A stretch of DNA of 32,000 bases, taken from assembly GCA_002952755.1 (NCBI GenBank), contig CP025011.1, positions 1,320,001 to 1,352,000 on the forward strand, written 5' to 3'. Shown here one piece after another: positions 23,300 to 31,511 of the stretch. Below the pieces are notes generated by a model, which worked only from the letters and a program-made list of their open reading frames with translations, made no database searches and was not told the origin of the DNA. This DNA comes from Candidatus Saccharimonadota bacterium (GTDB lineage Bacteria > Patescibacteriota > Saccharimonadia > Saccharimonadales > UBA4665). A program made the position numbers and the translations under genes. Position 1 is the stretch's first letter. Every line of letters starts with the position of its first letter.

Positions 23300-24988
23300 A
23301 TGTCAGTACCTCTCAACGAAACACTAGCGCCAAAAGACATACCAAGAAATATTCAGTTGCCGGTAGCAGCGCTTATTGGGAGCGGAGCGGAGACAATGCA
23401 ACTTCCTGAGCGTCTATACGGTGAGGTACGCCAATATAGATCACAGGTTACTTATGAAGGCGCGGTACGTGGCGCACAGGACGTAATTGGCGACGAAAGC
23501 CATACCATGAGAATTATGAAAAATGCCGTTTCTCCCCATGGGGAACGAGGTCTTATCACAGGGGACGGAGTCCTAATTGGCGACCTTGTCACCCGGATAG
23601 CTTCCGACCGTGTGGATATTGCCATGCTTGGCAGAATGATTGGCGTTGGTGACCTGCTACAAAAAACTCGCACACTAAAGCGCGGAGAAGCATTACATCT
23701 TGAATCCGGCAAAGGCTACACTTTAACAGCCGATGCCTACCAAGATGGACGCTCTAGCTGGCGACTCCAATTGGCGGAAGGACTTGATCAAGCCGGCCGC
23801 GAATCAGCAGTGGATGCACTTTCAGATACAATGAAAACTCTTGCCGATCCCATGGCTACTACTCGTGCAGAGTTAAGCGCAGGACTCAGCACTGACCGTC
23901 CAATCGTATATAGCTCAGAATCCTTTCATTGGGCCCAAGATGCAGATACAATCATGAACTTCCTAGATCGAGCTGCCATCCCTGTAAACTGGGATGATAG
24001 TCCTGCAATGCAGCGAGCCAAGTTTATAGAATATCTATACAGTCTACCGGCGCACTATCCAGGAGACGAAGTGACAATCGGAAAGCTTCAACGTACAGGT
24101 ATATATTTCGACGAGCGTGGCAAAATTCAGAAGGTACTCATTCCCGTAGCTAATGCTGGTGTCTATTTCGGATTGCAATCTGCTGATACTACGCTTGCAG
24201 GAGACCTAACAGATATACCCTTAAAGATCGGCATGGAGGTATATGCCGATGAAGCATATGCTGGACGGAACTTCATTGACAGACACTATGAGGTCAGTAA
24301 CCCCTTTGTAGAGACGGAAACCGCAAGCCAATTGCTTGGATCTTTTGAAGCCGCAGGCTTAGAGATAAGCGCACAACTTATGGGAATAATAAGCGAGACT
24401 GATATAGATAAACTCTTCGGCCATGGATATGCTGCGCTGACGCGCGAGATCGCCAAAATCGTGAACGACCCTGAACGAGGGCTAGATCATCTTTTTGATA
24501 CTACAGACGGCGCGATTAGCGAAAAAATACGATCACTTGTAGACGTTCAAGATCCTGCAGCTCAAGTGGTTATTGAGCTGCTTAAAGGCGTCGTGGACCG
24601 CGCAATCGATCCCAAAGGTTTGCCCGTGTTAAAACCTTCGCAGCGACGGGTAAAGATACGCGATGGCTCGTGCAAAGATATAGAAATATATCTTGCAGAC
24701 GGTAAAATGGTCGAAAGCGTACCGCGATTACTACACTCAAGCTATGAACGCCCTACCACTATGACGTTAGAGCCTAGTTATCTCAATGGGGTCCGGCTTC
24801 CGGCCGGAACCCTCCTTGCAAAGGAAGAAGACGGGTATCTCATGATGCGTGTTACCTCTTATGCTTTTAAAGAAGAGGTTGCGACCCAGACCTTCGGCAT
24901 ACAAGAGGCAAAAAACAAGAAACATGCGGTGTATGCAAAACGTCAGGTGATACGCTCGCTTATGAACCTGGATCACGTTAGCAACTAA
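23300..24988 (+). CDS. Hypothetical cytoplasmic protein (no recognisable domain)
   Basis: 562-aa ORF with the Shine-Dalgarno GGGAGA 6 nt upstream. It has no signal peptide, TM segment, Walker motif or other catalytic signature that I can recognise. Confidence 0.65.
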   Translation: MSVPLNETLAPKDIPRNIQLPVAALIGSGAETMQLPERLYGEVRQYRSQVTYEGAVRGAQDVIGDESHTMRIMKNAVSPHGERGLITGDGVLIGDLVTRIASDRVDIAMLGRMIGVGDLLQKTRTLKRGEALHLESGKGYTLTADAYQDGRSSWRLQLAEGLDQAGRESAVDALSDTMKTLADPMATTRAELSAGLSTDRPIVYSSESFHWAQDADTIMNFLDRAAIPVNWDDSPAMQRAKFIEYLYSLPAHYPGDEVTIGKLQRTGIYFDERGKIQKVLIPVANAGVYFGLQSADTTLAGDLTDIPLKIGMEVYADEAYAGRNFIDRHYEVSNPFVETETASQLLGSFEAAGLEISAQLMGIISETDIDKLFGHGYAALTREIAKIVNDPERGLDHLFDTTDGAISEKIRSLVDVQDPAAQVVIELLKGVVDRAIDPKGLPVLKPSQRRVKIRDGSCKDIEIYLADGKMVESVPRLLHSSYERPTTMTLEPSYLNGVRLPAGTLLAKEEDGYLMMRVTSYAFKEEVATQTFGIQEAKNKKHAVYAKRQVIRSLMNLDHVSN

Positions 24989-25011
24989 GTGTAATCAGCG
25001 AAGGCTGTCTC

Positions 25012-25020
25012 TGTTATAAT
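25012..25020 (+). promoter_or_regulatory. Extended -10 element TGTTATAAT, 8 nt upstream of the ychF ATG
   Basis: Read directly in the 40-nt gap. No Shine-Dalgarno is present. Confidence 0.45.
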
Positions 25021-25028
25021 TACTGTCT

Positions 25029-26114
25029 ATGAGTTCAGTTCAAATTGGCATTGTTGGGTTACCCAACGTTGGGAAATCGACGTTGTTTAATGCCTTGACT
25101 AATAACAATATTTTGGCGGCGAATTATCCGTTTGCGACGATTGAGCCGAATACGGGGATTGTGCCGGTGCCGGATGAGCGGCTGCACAAATTGGGCGAGC
25201 TGTACAAAACAAAGAAGATTGTTCCTGCTACGGTAACATTCGTCGATATTGCCGGCCTGGTGGCTGGCGCAAGCCAGGGCGAAGGCCTGGGGAATCAATT
25301 CTTAAGCCATATTCGGAGCACCAATGCGATTGTGCAGGTGGTGCGGGCTTTTCAGGACCCGAATGTGGTGCATGTGGACGATCATCTTGACCCTAAAAAA
25401 GATATTGCCGTCATTAATACCGAGCTGATTTTGGCCGATCTGCAAACGGTTGATAAGCGGCTGCCAAAGCTTGAAAAAGAAGCCAAAGCCAACCCTAAAC
25501 TCAAGCCCGAACTCGACACGCTCGTCAGGGCACGGGCTATGCTTAACGACGACCAACCACTATCGAGTGTCAATGACCTGGACCTAGGACATCTGGCAGA
25601 TTTGCATCTACTAACCGCAAAACCGGTTATCTATCTGTTTAATATGGACGAAGCGGGTGTAAACGATGAGGCGCGTAAACAAGAATTGGCAACACTTATC
25701 GCCCCCGCCAAAGCGCTCTTTGTTTGTGCCCAGTTAGAAAGTGAGTTGCGCGGACTGGATGAGAGCGATGCCGCCGAATTGCTGGAAAGCTACGGACAAA
25801 AAGAATCGGGATTAGTACAACTCATCCATGCCGCTTACGATGTACTCGGCCTGCAGAGCTACCTGACTGCTGGTGAGCAGGAAGTGCGGGCCTGGACTAT
25901 CAAAAAAGGTGCGACCGCACCGCAGGCTGCAGGTGTTATTCATGGCGATTTTGAGCGCGGCTTTATTGCCGCCGAGATTGTTACCTATGATGATTTGATC
26001 GCGGCTGGAAGCGAGCAAGCCGCCAAAGCCGCTGGCAAATTGCGAACCGAGGGCAAAACCTACGTGATGCAGCCCGATGACATCGTCGAATTCCGTTTTA
26101 ACGTTTCTAAATAA
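25029..26114 (+). CDS. ychF: Redox-regulated ATPase YchF (Obg-family P-loop NTPase)
   Basis: 361 aa. It has the G1 motif GIVGLPNVGKSTLFNALT, then DIAGLV, and a C-terminal TGS-type domain ...RTEGKTYVMQPDDIVEFRFNV. Confidence 0.93.
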   Translation: MSSVQIGIVGLPNVGKSTLFNALTNNNILAANYPFATIEPNTGIVPVPDERLHKLGELYKTKKIVPATVTFVDIAGLVAGASQGEGLGNQFLSHIRSTNAIVQVVRAFQDPNVVHVDDHLDPKKDIAVINTELILADLQTVDKRLPKLEKEAKANPKLKPELDTLVRARAMLNDDQPLSSVNDLDLGHLADLHLLTAKPVIYLFNMDEAGVNDEARKQELATLIAPAKALFVCAQLESELRGLDESDAAELLESYGQKESGLVQLIHAAYDVLGLQSYLTAGEQEVRAWTIKKGATAPQAAGVIHGDFERGFIAAEIVTYDDLIAAGSEQAAKAAGKLRTEGKTYVMQPDDIVEFRFNVSK

Positions 26115-26115
26115 C

Positions 26116-26688
26116 TTAGTAAAACTTCGGGTAGCGCCGGCGCCGCATCAATATCGGCACCCGGTTATATGGATTCAGCGGAAGCGACTGCATTAACTGA
26201 TTGCCCTCCCCCTGCATAGCTAAACCGCCCACGAGCGGGGCGGTTTGTTGCTGGCTGGCGAGCGGAGCGGGTTGGAACTGCTGCACCATGTACTGCTGGC
26301 GCACCTCCATGACACGCCGCTGGGTGTAATCGAGCATTTTTCGCATTCTATGCTGACTCCAGCTGCTGAATACCAGCTTACGATTTGGCGTCATAACGTT
26401 CACAGTGCTCTCCAGCAAGCGAGCGCTGAAATCGATCTCGCTGATCATGTCAAACCGAATGTCCTCTAATGACAAGAACATCGGTTTGCGGTCCACCAGT
26501 AATAATCGATGATTGGTGACGCATAGCAAGGCAAAGCCGCCTTCATAGCGGCCGTTGGTACAGCCGTAAATAATTTCATCGGGCATGAGAACGTTAGCGA
26601 GCTCACGTATTTCGGGGCGCCCCCACCACCGAAAGTTGCAACCGGCCCGCTTTAGCTGTTCTTCTACAGAGCTAAATGTAACCATCAC
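26116..26688 (-). CDS. Bacterial PH-domain (YokE-like) protein
   Basis: 190 aa. The sequence GCTNGRYEGGFALLCVTNHRLLLVDRKPMFLSLEDIRFDMISEIDF is typical of bPH_3. A strong Shine-Dalgarno (AAGGAGGGG) precedes the ATG. Confidence 0.6.
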   Translation of the reverse strand: MMVTFSSVEEQLKRAGCNFRWWGRPEIRELANVLMPDEIIYGCTNGRYEGGFALLCVTNHRLLLVDRKPMFLSLEDIRFDMISEIDFSARLLESTVNVMTPNRKLVFSSWSQHRMRKMLDYTQRRVMEVRQQYMVQQFQPAPLASQQQTAPLVGGLAMQGEGNQLMQSLPLNPYNRVPILMRRRRYPKFY

Positions 26689-26752
26689 CCCTCCTTTTCA
26701 ACTGTCCTCAGTTGTACTCTCAGTATGACTCGGGCCCTCATAAGTGTCGGCA

Positions 26753-26786
26753 ATGTTCGTCACCTTGTTTGTGCGATGTTCGTCAC
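26753..26786. repeat. Two direct copies of ATGTTCGTCAC (26753-26763 and 26776-26786), 23 bp apart
   Basis: Read directly in the 137-nt divergent intergenic region upstream of the Crp/Fnr-family gene. Confidence 0.8.
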
Positions 26787-26788
26787 AA
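26769..26788. promoter_or_regulatory. Candidate Crp/Fnr-type operator: TTGTG-N10-CACAA, or in another register TGCGA-N6-TCACA
   Basis: Perfect 5-bp inverted arms at 26769-26773 and 26784-26788. The inner register, TGCGATGTTCGTCACA (26772-26787), is one mismatch from the classical CRP consensus TGTGA-N6-TCACA. The element is centred about 47 nt upstream of the crp-family ATG. Confidence 0.4.
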
Positions 26789-26809
26789 GTTGCCTGGGGG
26801 CAACACCTA

Positions 26810-26818
26810 TGAGACAAT
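26810..26818 (+). promoter_or_regulatory. Weaker extended -10-like element TGAGACAAT, 7 nt upstream of the ATG at 26826
   Basis: Read directly. The -10 hexamer matches the consensus at 4 of 6 positions. Confidence 0.25.
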
Positions 26819-26825
26819 GTAAGGT

Positions 26826-27476
26826 ATGCTGACGGATGAAAGCCAGGTTGCAGCACTTATCAACCTCTTCCATCAGGGAACGAGGCAGTTATATGGCAAA
26901 GGCGAATACATTATTCGCCCGGGCAGTCCTCCCGGCGGCGTCTTCTACATCTTAAGTGGCTTGGTAAAAGCTTACGATATTACCAAATACGGCGAAGAAA
27001 ACCTGCTGATCATCCGTAAACCCGGTGAAATACTGGGTCTTACCTGGGCACTTACTGGTCAGGATAGACATATTATTTACTCAACTCTCGCGCCAACCAC
27101 GCTCTTGCAGATTAGCCGTGAGCAATTTACCGATTTTCTGCACACCAATCCTAAAGCTGCACTGCCGCTTCTAGATATGCTCGTCGATATGTATCGCCTG
27201 CATTCCGAGCGTATCCTCAATCTGGAATATCGCACGGTGCGCGAGCGCCTGGTTTCGTTCTTACTTACCACTTCACGCCGTTTTGGGAAAGAAACCGAGG
27301 AGGGTTTGGTGCTGGAAGTGCCTCTAAGGCACCAGGACATAGCCAGTTCAATTAGCGCCACGCGTGAGACAGCCGGGCGAGAGTTATCGGCCATGGAACG
27401 CCAGGGCCTCTTAACCAGCGCGCAGTCACGTATCGTGCTCAAAGATATTCCCCGCTTGCGTAAATATCTGGAATAA
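26826..27476 (+). CDS. Crp/Fnr-family transcriptional regulator
   Basis: 216 aa. The N-terminal cNMP-binding beta-roll contains GEYIIRPGSPPGGVFYILSGLVK. The C-terminal HTH is HQDIASSISATRETAGRELSAMERQGLL. Confidence 0.85.
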   Translation: MLTDESQVAALINLFHQGTRQLYGKGEYIIRPGSPPGGVFYILSGLVKAYDITKYGEENLLIIRKPGEILGLTWALTGQDRHIIYSTLAPTTLLQISREQFTDFLHTNPKAALPLLDMLVDMYRLHSERILNLEYRTVRERLVSFLLTTSRRFGKETEEGLVLEVPLRHQDIASSISATRETAGRELSAMERQGLLTSAQSRIVLKDIPRLRKYLE

Positions 27477-28148
27477 CTAACTTGTCGTTTGCCAGTGGCC
27501 GACAATCTGGTTAATAGTTTTGACAACCATCTCGTGTTTAGGAACGTCCTGAGTGTCATAGTAATGGTCGGTGGTTATATAGTCCTCAATGACACTTAAA
27601 CAAAAGATTTCATCGGCAATAATGTGCATACGATCTACAGCTTGCACACTGGCCAGAGGGGTGGCCACAATCAGACGCTTAATCTTCAGGGGCTTAAAGA
27701 ACTCCGTGGCGATATCAAGAGAAAACCCATTACTTAAGCCATCAGAGACCAAAATAATAATATGATCTCTAAGCAAATCTTTGCGAATCAGGCCACCTCT
27801 ACCCAGTAAACGATGCATATCCTGCAGTTTATTCATCTTTTCCTGCTCAATCAGGCTGTGGTACTCAGTAACAAGGTCTTCGATTTCACCCGGCGAATAG
27901 GTCTGATTGTAGCTGAATGAGCCGTCTTGTGTAATGCCAGCTATGGCGTCGGGTTCACGAGGTAGTTCAATTGCCTCGCTCATGAGCATTGTCAGTACGC
28001 AGCCAAGGCGGAGGGCAATCTGCGCCCCCACCATCACGCCGCCATCACTCAGCGCAACCACGGCACATTGTTCGCTCCTGGCCTGATATTTTTTGGCGAC
28101 AGCTTCGGCTAATTTTTGGCCGGCTGCAACACGACTGGCAAAATACAT
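27477..28148 (-). CDS. Phosphoribosyltransferase-family protein (degenerate PRPP loop)
   Basis: 223 aa. It has the N-terminal F-x-x-R-x-x-AG-x-x-LA pattern (YFASRVAAGQKLAEAV). The PRT-type strand-loop is IIILVSDGLSNGFS, where the canonical acidic pair DD is replaced by SD. Confidence 0.6.
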   Translation of the reverse strand: MYFASRVAAGQKLAEAVAKKYQARSEQCAVVALSDGGVMVGAQIALRLGCVLTMLMSEAIELPREPDAIAGITQDGSFSYNQTYSPGEIEDLVTEYHSLIEQEKMNKLQDMHRLLGRGGLIRKDLLRDHIIILVSDGLSNGFSLDIATEFFKPLKIKRLIVATPLASVQAVDRMHIIADEIFCLSVIEDYITTDHYYDTQDVPKHEMVVKTINQIVGHWQTTS

Positions 28149-28158
28149 ACGTGTTTGC

Positions 28159-28167
28159 AGTGTAGCA
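28159..28167 (-). promoter_or_regulatory. Extended -10 element TGCTACACT, 10 nt upstream of the ATG at 28148
   Basis: Read on the minus strand in the 58-nt gap. No Shine-Dalgarno is present. Confidence 0.3.
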
Positions 28168-28206
28168 CGCAGGCATAAGTGTTATCTACAGTCGGTATCT
28201 GCTTTC

Positions 28207-28932
28207 TTAGGTGATCTTGGCTAAAAGATAAAAGCGTTCCAGGTTGCCCTTCGCGCCAGCGACTTCGGAATCAGCTTTATTGATAATCCGGAAGTGCGAT
28301 TTGGCCCATTCCTCGAAATCTTTTAGGATGTCGCGGCGTATGTGGGCGTTTTTGATGACGCCCTTGTGCTTGAGCCTACTGACTGCTGCCTCAAATTGGG
28401 GTTTTACCATAGCGACGATGCGTGTTTGTTTCCCAGACAATATACCAACATACGGCAAGATATCCCGAAGCGATACAAATGAGACATCAATGACAACAAT
28501 GTCTGGCGTTTCTGAAAGCTCGTGTATATCGCGGATATCTGTTTGCTCGTGGAGCTCGATGCGTGGATTGCCGTGGAGCGAAGGATGGAGCTGATCTTTC
28601 CCAAGCTCAACAGCAATGACTTTTTTCGCACCATGCTGCAGCGCATAGTCAGTGAAGCCACCCGTAGAACTGCCCACATCTAACATAACCTTTTCGTTAA
28701 AATCGAGATAAAGCGCCTTGGCAACTGAGGCCAATTTCAGGCCAGCGCGGCTCACATACCGCTCTGTAGCCGTCAATACAATGGCGGCATCTTCGGCTAC
28801 TAAAAAGCCTGGCTTAGTAACTACCAATCCATTCACCTCTACCTTGCCCAGACGGATCCAGTTCTCGGCTTGCGACCGTGTCTCGGTAAGGCCCCGTAAC
28901 AAAACAGTTTGATCTAGACGCTGTTTAGCCAT
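28207..28932 (-). CDS. tlyA: TlyA-family rRNA 2'-O-methyltransferase (S4 plus FtsJ-like domains)
   Basis: 241 aa. There is an N-terminal S4-like RLDQTVLLRGLTETRSQAENWIRLGKVEVNG. The SAM motif is LDVGSSTGGFTDYALQHGAKKVIAVE. Confidence 0.88.
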   Translation of the reverse strand: MAKQRLDQTVLLRGLTETRSQAENWIRLGKVEVNGLVVTKPGFLVAEDAAIVLTATERYVSRAGLKLASVAKALYLDFNEKVMLDVGSSTGGFTDYALQHGAKKVIAVELGKDQLHPSLHGNPRIELHEQTDIRDIHELSETPDIVVIDVSFVSLRDILPYVGILSGKQTRIVAMVKPQFEAAVSRLKHKGVIKNAHIRRDILKDFEEWAKSHFRIINKADSEVAGAKGNLERFYLLAKIT

Positions 28933-29419
28933 TTGAGGCTCCTAGCGGAAAAGCTGCAATAATCTCGCAAGTACGCTTATCGGCTAAACGCACCATATGG
29001 AAATTGTCGACTAGAATCTTATCGCCTGGCATTGTTCGTTTATCTTCACTCTGCACTGTAACGTGCGCTTGGTAGCCCTTACCTGTCCATACGGTCGGAT
29101 CGGCCATACTCACACCCAATTGTACTAAAACGGCCAGCAACATCTGGTGTAACTGCGCGACGTGGGCTTGCTCAACAATCAGGTTGACTGGAATAGTATA
29201 TTCCAGGCCGAATAGTACCTCTGGACCTACGGTAATCTCAAGCGGTGCAATACGCCTGCTCGCTTGAAGCAATTCTTGACGCAAAGTCTGTATTGGTACA
29301 TCTGACGTAAACCACCTTGCGAGTGTCATGTGCAGCGGCCAACTTCCCCGGTCGAAATACGAACCAACAGGTTCGGGATGCAGCATATGTACCAGCAGTA
29401 AATCGCCAGGTTTAGGCAT
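28925..29419 (-). CDS. 2H phosphoesterase superfamily protein (2'-5' RNA ligase-like)
   Basis: 164 aa with two H-x-T-x motifs, HMTL (WPLHMTLARWF) and HVTV (YQAHVTVQS), at the expected spacing. Confidence 0.5.
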   Translation of the reverse strand: MPKPGDLLLVHMLHPEPVGSYFDRGSWPLHMTLARWFTSDVPIQTLRQELLQASRRIAPLEITVGPEVLFGLEYTIPVNLIVEQAHVAQLHQMLLAVLVQLGVSMADPTVWTGKGYQAHVTVQSEDKRTMPGDKILVDNFHMVRLADKRTCEIIAAFPLGASNG

Positions 29420-29422
29420 ATG

Positions 29423-29989
29423 TTATACCTTTACGCGTTCGCGGTACGTCCCGCTACTAGTATCTACGGAAATAACATCGCCAGTTTTGACAAAGGCAGG
29501 CACACGTATGGTAATGCCGGTTTCTAGTTGCGCGTCTTTGGTGACCGCATTCGCAGTATCGCCCTTCACTACATCCTCAGCATAGGTTACCTTGAGCGGC
29601 ACATTCTTAGGCAGCTCAATATTAATCGGGCGGTCATTAAAGAATTGGAGCTGCAAGAGATCGCCCTCTTTCATGTAACCGACGCTATCACCTACGAGAT
29701 CGGCAGGCACTTCGAACTGCTCGAAGGTATCGCCATTCATGAAGTAGAATGTCGTGCCATCGTTATAGAGATATTGGACGTTTTGAGTGGTCACATCGGC
29801 CGTATCAAGCTGTTCGTTACCTTTGTAGGTCTTCTCAAGTACCTTACCATCGAGCAGGCTTTTGATACGGACATTAACGATAGAGCCGCCCCGGCCCATA
29901 ACCTTCTGGTTATACTCGACCACACGGTAGGGCACACCTTCTAATTGAAACAGTGTTCCTTTTTTGAGATCGGTGATGCTTAGTGCCAT
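29423..29989 (-). CDS. efp: Translation elongation factor P
   Basis: 188 aa. The N-terminus is LKKGTLFQLEGVPYRVVEYNQKVMGRGGSIVNVRIKSLLDGKV. The Shine-Dalgarno AGGAGG lies 8 nt upstream. Confidence 0.93.
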   Translation of the reverse strand: MALSITDLKKGTLFQLEGVPYRVVEYNQKVMGRGGSIVNVRIKSLLDGKVLEKTYKGNEQLDTADVTTQNVQYLYNDGTTFYFMNGDTFEQFEVPADLVGDSVGYMKEGDLLQLQFFNDRPINIELPKNVPLKVTYAEDVVKGDTANAVTKDAQLETGITIRVPAFVKTGDVISVDTSSGTYRERVKV

Positions 29990-30001
29990 TGAAACGGCCT
30001 C

Positions 30002-30334
30002 CTATTCTAATCCTGCAATTATTTGTTGCACGCTCGCCGAAAGTAACGCAACGTCGATAGCGCTAAACAGACCATGCTTACTTGCTTCGATGATGTCCTG
30101 CTGTAATTGCTCTAACCGTTTGGTGGCTAGGCGGGCGGCCTTTGTTTGCAAGGCTCGGCTTTCAGCATACTCATACTCCTGAGTTTCGAGTCGGGCGTCG
30201 ATAGCCTGCTGCTTGATGCGGCGCATTAATTCTTGCTCAACATGGCCAAGTGTATCAATATCTGCGTTCGACGCGATATATGCCAGTTGTCTTTCCAGCT
30301 CCCTAGTCTGAGTAAGCAGTGATATGTACGCCAC
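30002..30334 (-). CDS. Hypothetical coiled-coil protein (GTG start)
   Basis: 110 aa, Q/E/A/L-rich with a heptad-like pattern. The start is GTG, with GGAGG 5 nt upstream. It lies between rpsR and efp. Confidence 0.55.
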   Translation of the reverse strand: MAYISLLTQTRELERQLAYIASNADIDTLGHVEQELMRRIKQQAIDARLETQEYEYAESRALQTKAARLATKRLEQLQQDIIEASKHGLFSAIDVALLSASVQQIIAGLE

Positions 30335-30347
30335 CTATCCTCCCCTG

Positions 30348-30551
30348 TTAGCTATTTGCAACAAACGGCAGGAGCGCAAGGTGACGGGCGCGCTTGATAG
30401 CAACGCTCAAACGGCGTTGCTGGCTCTCGGTAAGGCCGGTCTTTTTGCGGGTCTCGATCTGCCCGTACATGTTTACGAAACGCTGCAACGTTTTGACATC
30501 CTTATAGTCAAAAAACGGAATGTCTGTTTTGTGCTTAAAAATTTTAGCCAT
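30348..30551 (-). CDS. rpsR: 30S ribosomal protein S18
   Basis: 67 aa: [51 protein letters not shown]. Confidence 0.93.
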   Translation of the reverse strand: MAKIFKHKTDIPFFDYKDVKTLQRFVNMYGQIETRKKTGLTESQQRRLSVAIKRARHLALLPFVANS

Positions 30552-30582
30552 GCTTATGATCCTTCTATGCTTATTGCTCTGG

Positions 30583-30603
30583 ATTCCGGATCAAGTCCGG
30601 AAT
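30583..30603 (-). other. Perfect 8-bp hairpin ATTCCGGA-N5-TCCGGAAT between ssb and rpsR
   Basis: Read directly. There is no T tract after it on the transcribed strand, so it is not a classical terminator. Confidence 0.6.
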
Positions 30604-30627
30604 GACAATATTTGCTGTTAAACCTTA

Positions 30628-31098
30628 CTAGAATGGGATGTCGTCGAGGTTGATCGGTTCGTCGCCGATGTCGTCTACAACATCATCCTTCTTTTGGGTG
30701 GCTGGCTTGGTCGGAGCAGGTGCGGTGCTGCCCGTGGGGCCGCTATAGCCGCTGCTGGAGCCGCCTGCGCCGCCGCCTACAAAGTTAAAGTCTTCGACAA
30801 TAACTTCGATTTTGCTGTGCTTTTGGCCGTCTTTCTCCCAAGCGCGCTGCTCCAGACGACCGCTCACCAAAATAGGACGGCCTTTTTGGACATATTGGGC
30901 GATAATTTCGCCCGTTTTGCCCCATGCCACACAATCGATGTAGCTGACACTCTCTTGCTGGTTCCCGTCGGCACCCCGCCAAGTACGGTTGACTGCCAAT
31001 CCAAAACTGGCAACCGACTGGCCGCTTGGTGTATTGCGGACCTCTGGGTCGCGCGTCAGATTACCCATCAGGATAACTTTGTTAAACCCCTTCGCCAT
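30628..31098 (-). CDS. ssb: Single-stranded DNA-binding protein
   Basis: 156 aa. It has an OB-fold N-terminus (NKVILMGNLTRDPEVR...), a Gly/Ser/Pro-rich linker and an acidic tail ending DDIPF. Confidence 0.93.
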   Translation of the reverse strand: MAKGFNKVILMGNLTRDPEVRNTPSGQSVASFGLAVNRTWRGADGNQQESVSYIDCVAWGKTGEIIAQYVQKGRPILVSGRLEQRAWEKDGQKHSKIEVIVEDFNFVGGGAGGSSSGYSGPTGSTAPAPTKPATQKKDDVVDDIGDEPINLDDIPF

Positions 31099-31130
31099 TG
31101 TATCCCCCTCGCCTTGTTCTTAAGAAAGGC

Positions 31131-31511
31131 TTATTCTTCGGTTTTTTCTTCTGAGTCGGCTGCTTCGCCGCGTTCGGCTGCCCGCTTGGCTTTTTCGGCT
31201 TTCATAGCTTCGGCCTTGGCGATTGCCTTCAGGTCGGGACGGGTAATCAGGAAACGGATTACTTCATCAGTAATGTTCAAGGTACTTTCTACCTTGCGGA
31301 CTGTTTCTGGTGGGAAGTCGACGCTGTAGATAACATATACTGCAGATTCGTTCTTTTTGATAGGGTACGCTAATTTGCGCTTGCCCCAGTTGTCGACATG
31401 GGTCACTTTGCCCTGGTTGTCGGTAAAAATTTTTTCAACCTTAGTGGTCGCTTTTTCCAGATCGATTTCGAGATCTGGGTGGTACAGAACCGCTATTTCG
31501 TATTGGTTCAT
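31131..31511 (-). CDS. rpsF: 30S ribosomal protein S6
   Basis: 126 aa. The sequence is MNQYEIAVLYHPDLE...GKRKLAYPIKK with an acidic C-terminal tail. AGGAGG lies 5 nt upstream. Confidence 0.93.
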   Translation of the reverse strand: MNQYEIAVLYHPDLEIDLEKATTKVEKIFTDNQGKVTHVDNWGKRKLAYPIKKNESAVYVIYSVDFPPETVRKVESTLNITDEVIRFLITRPDLKAIAKAEAMKAEKAKRAAERGEAADSEEKTEE

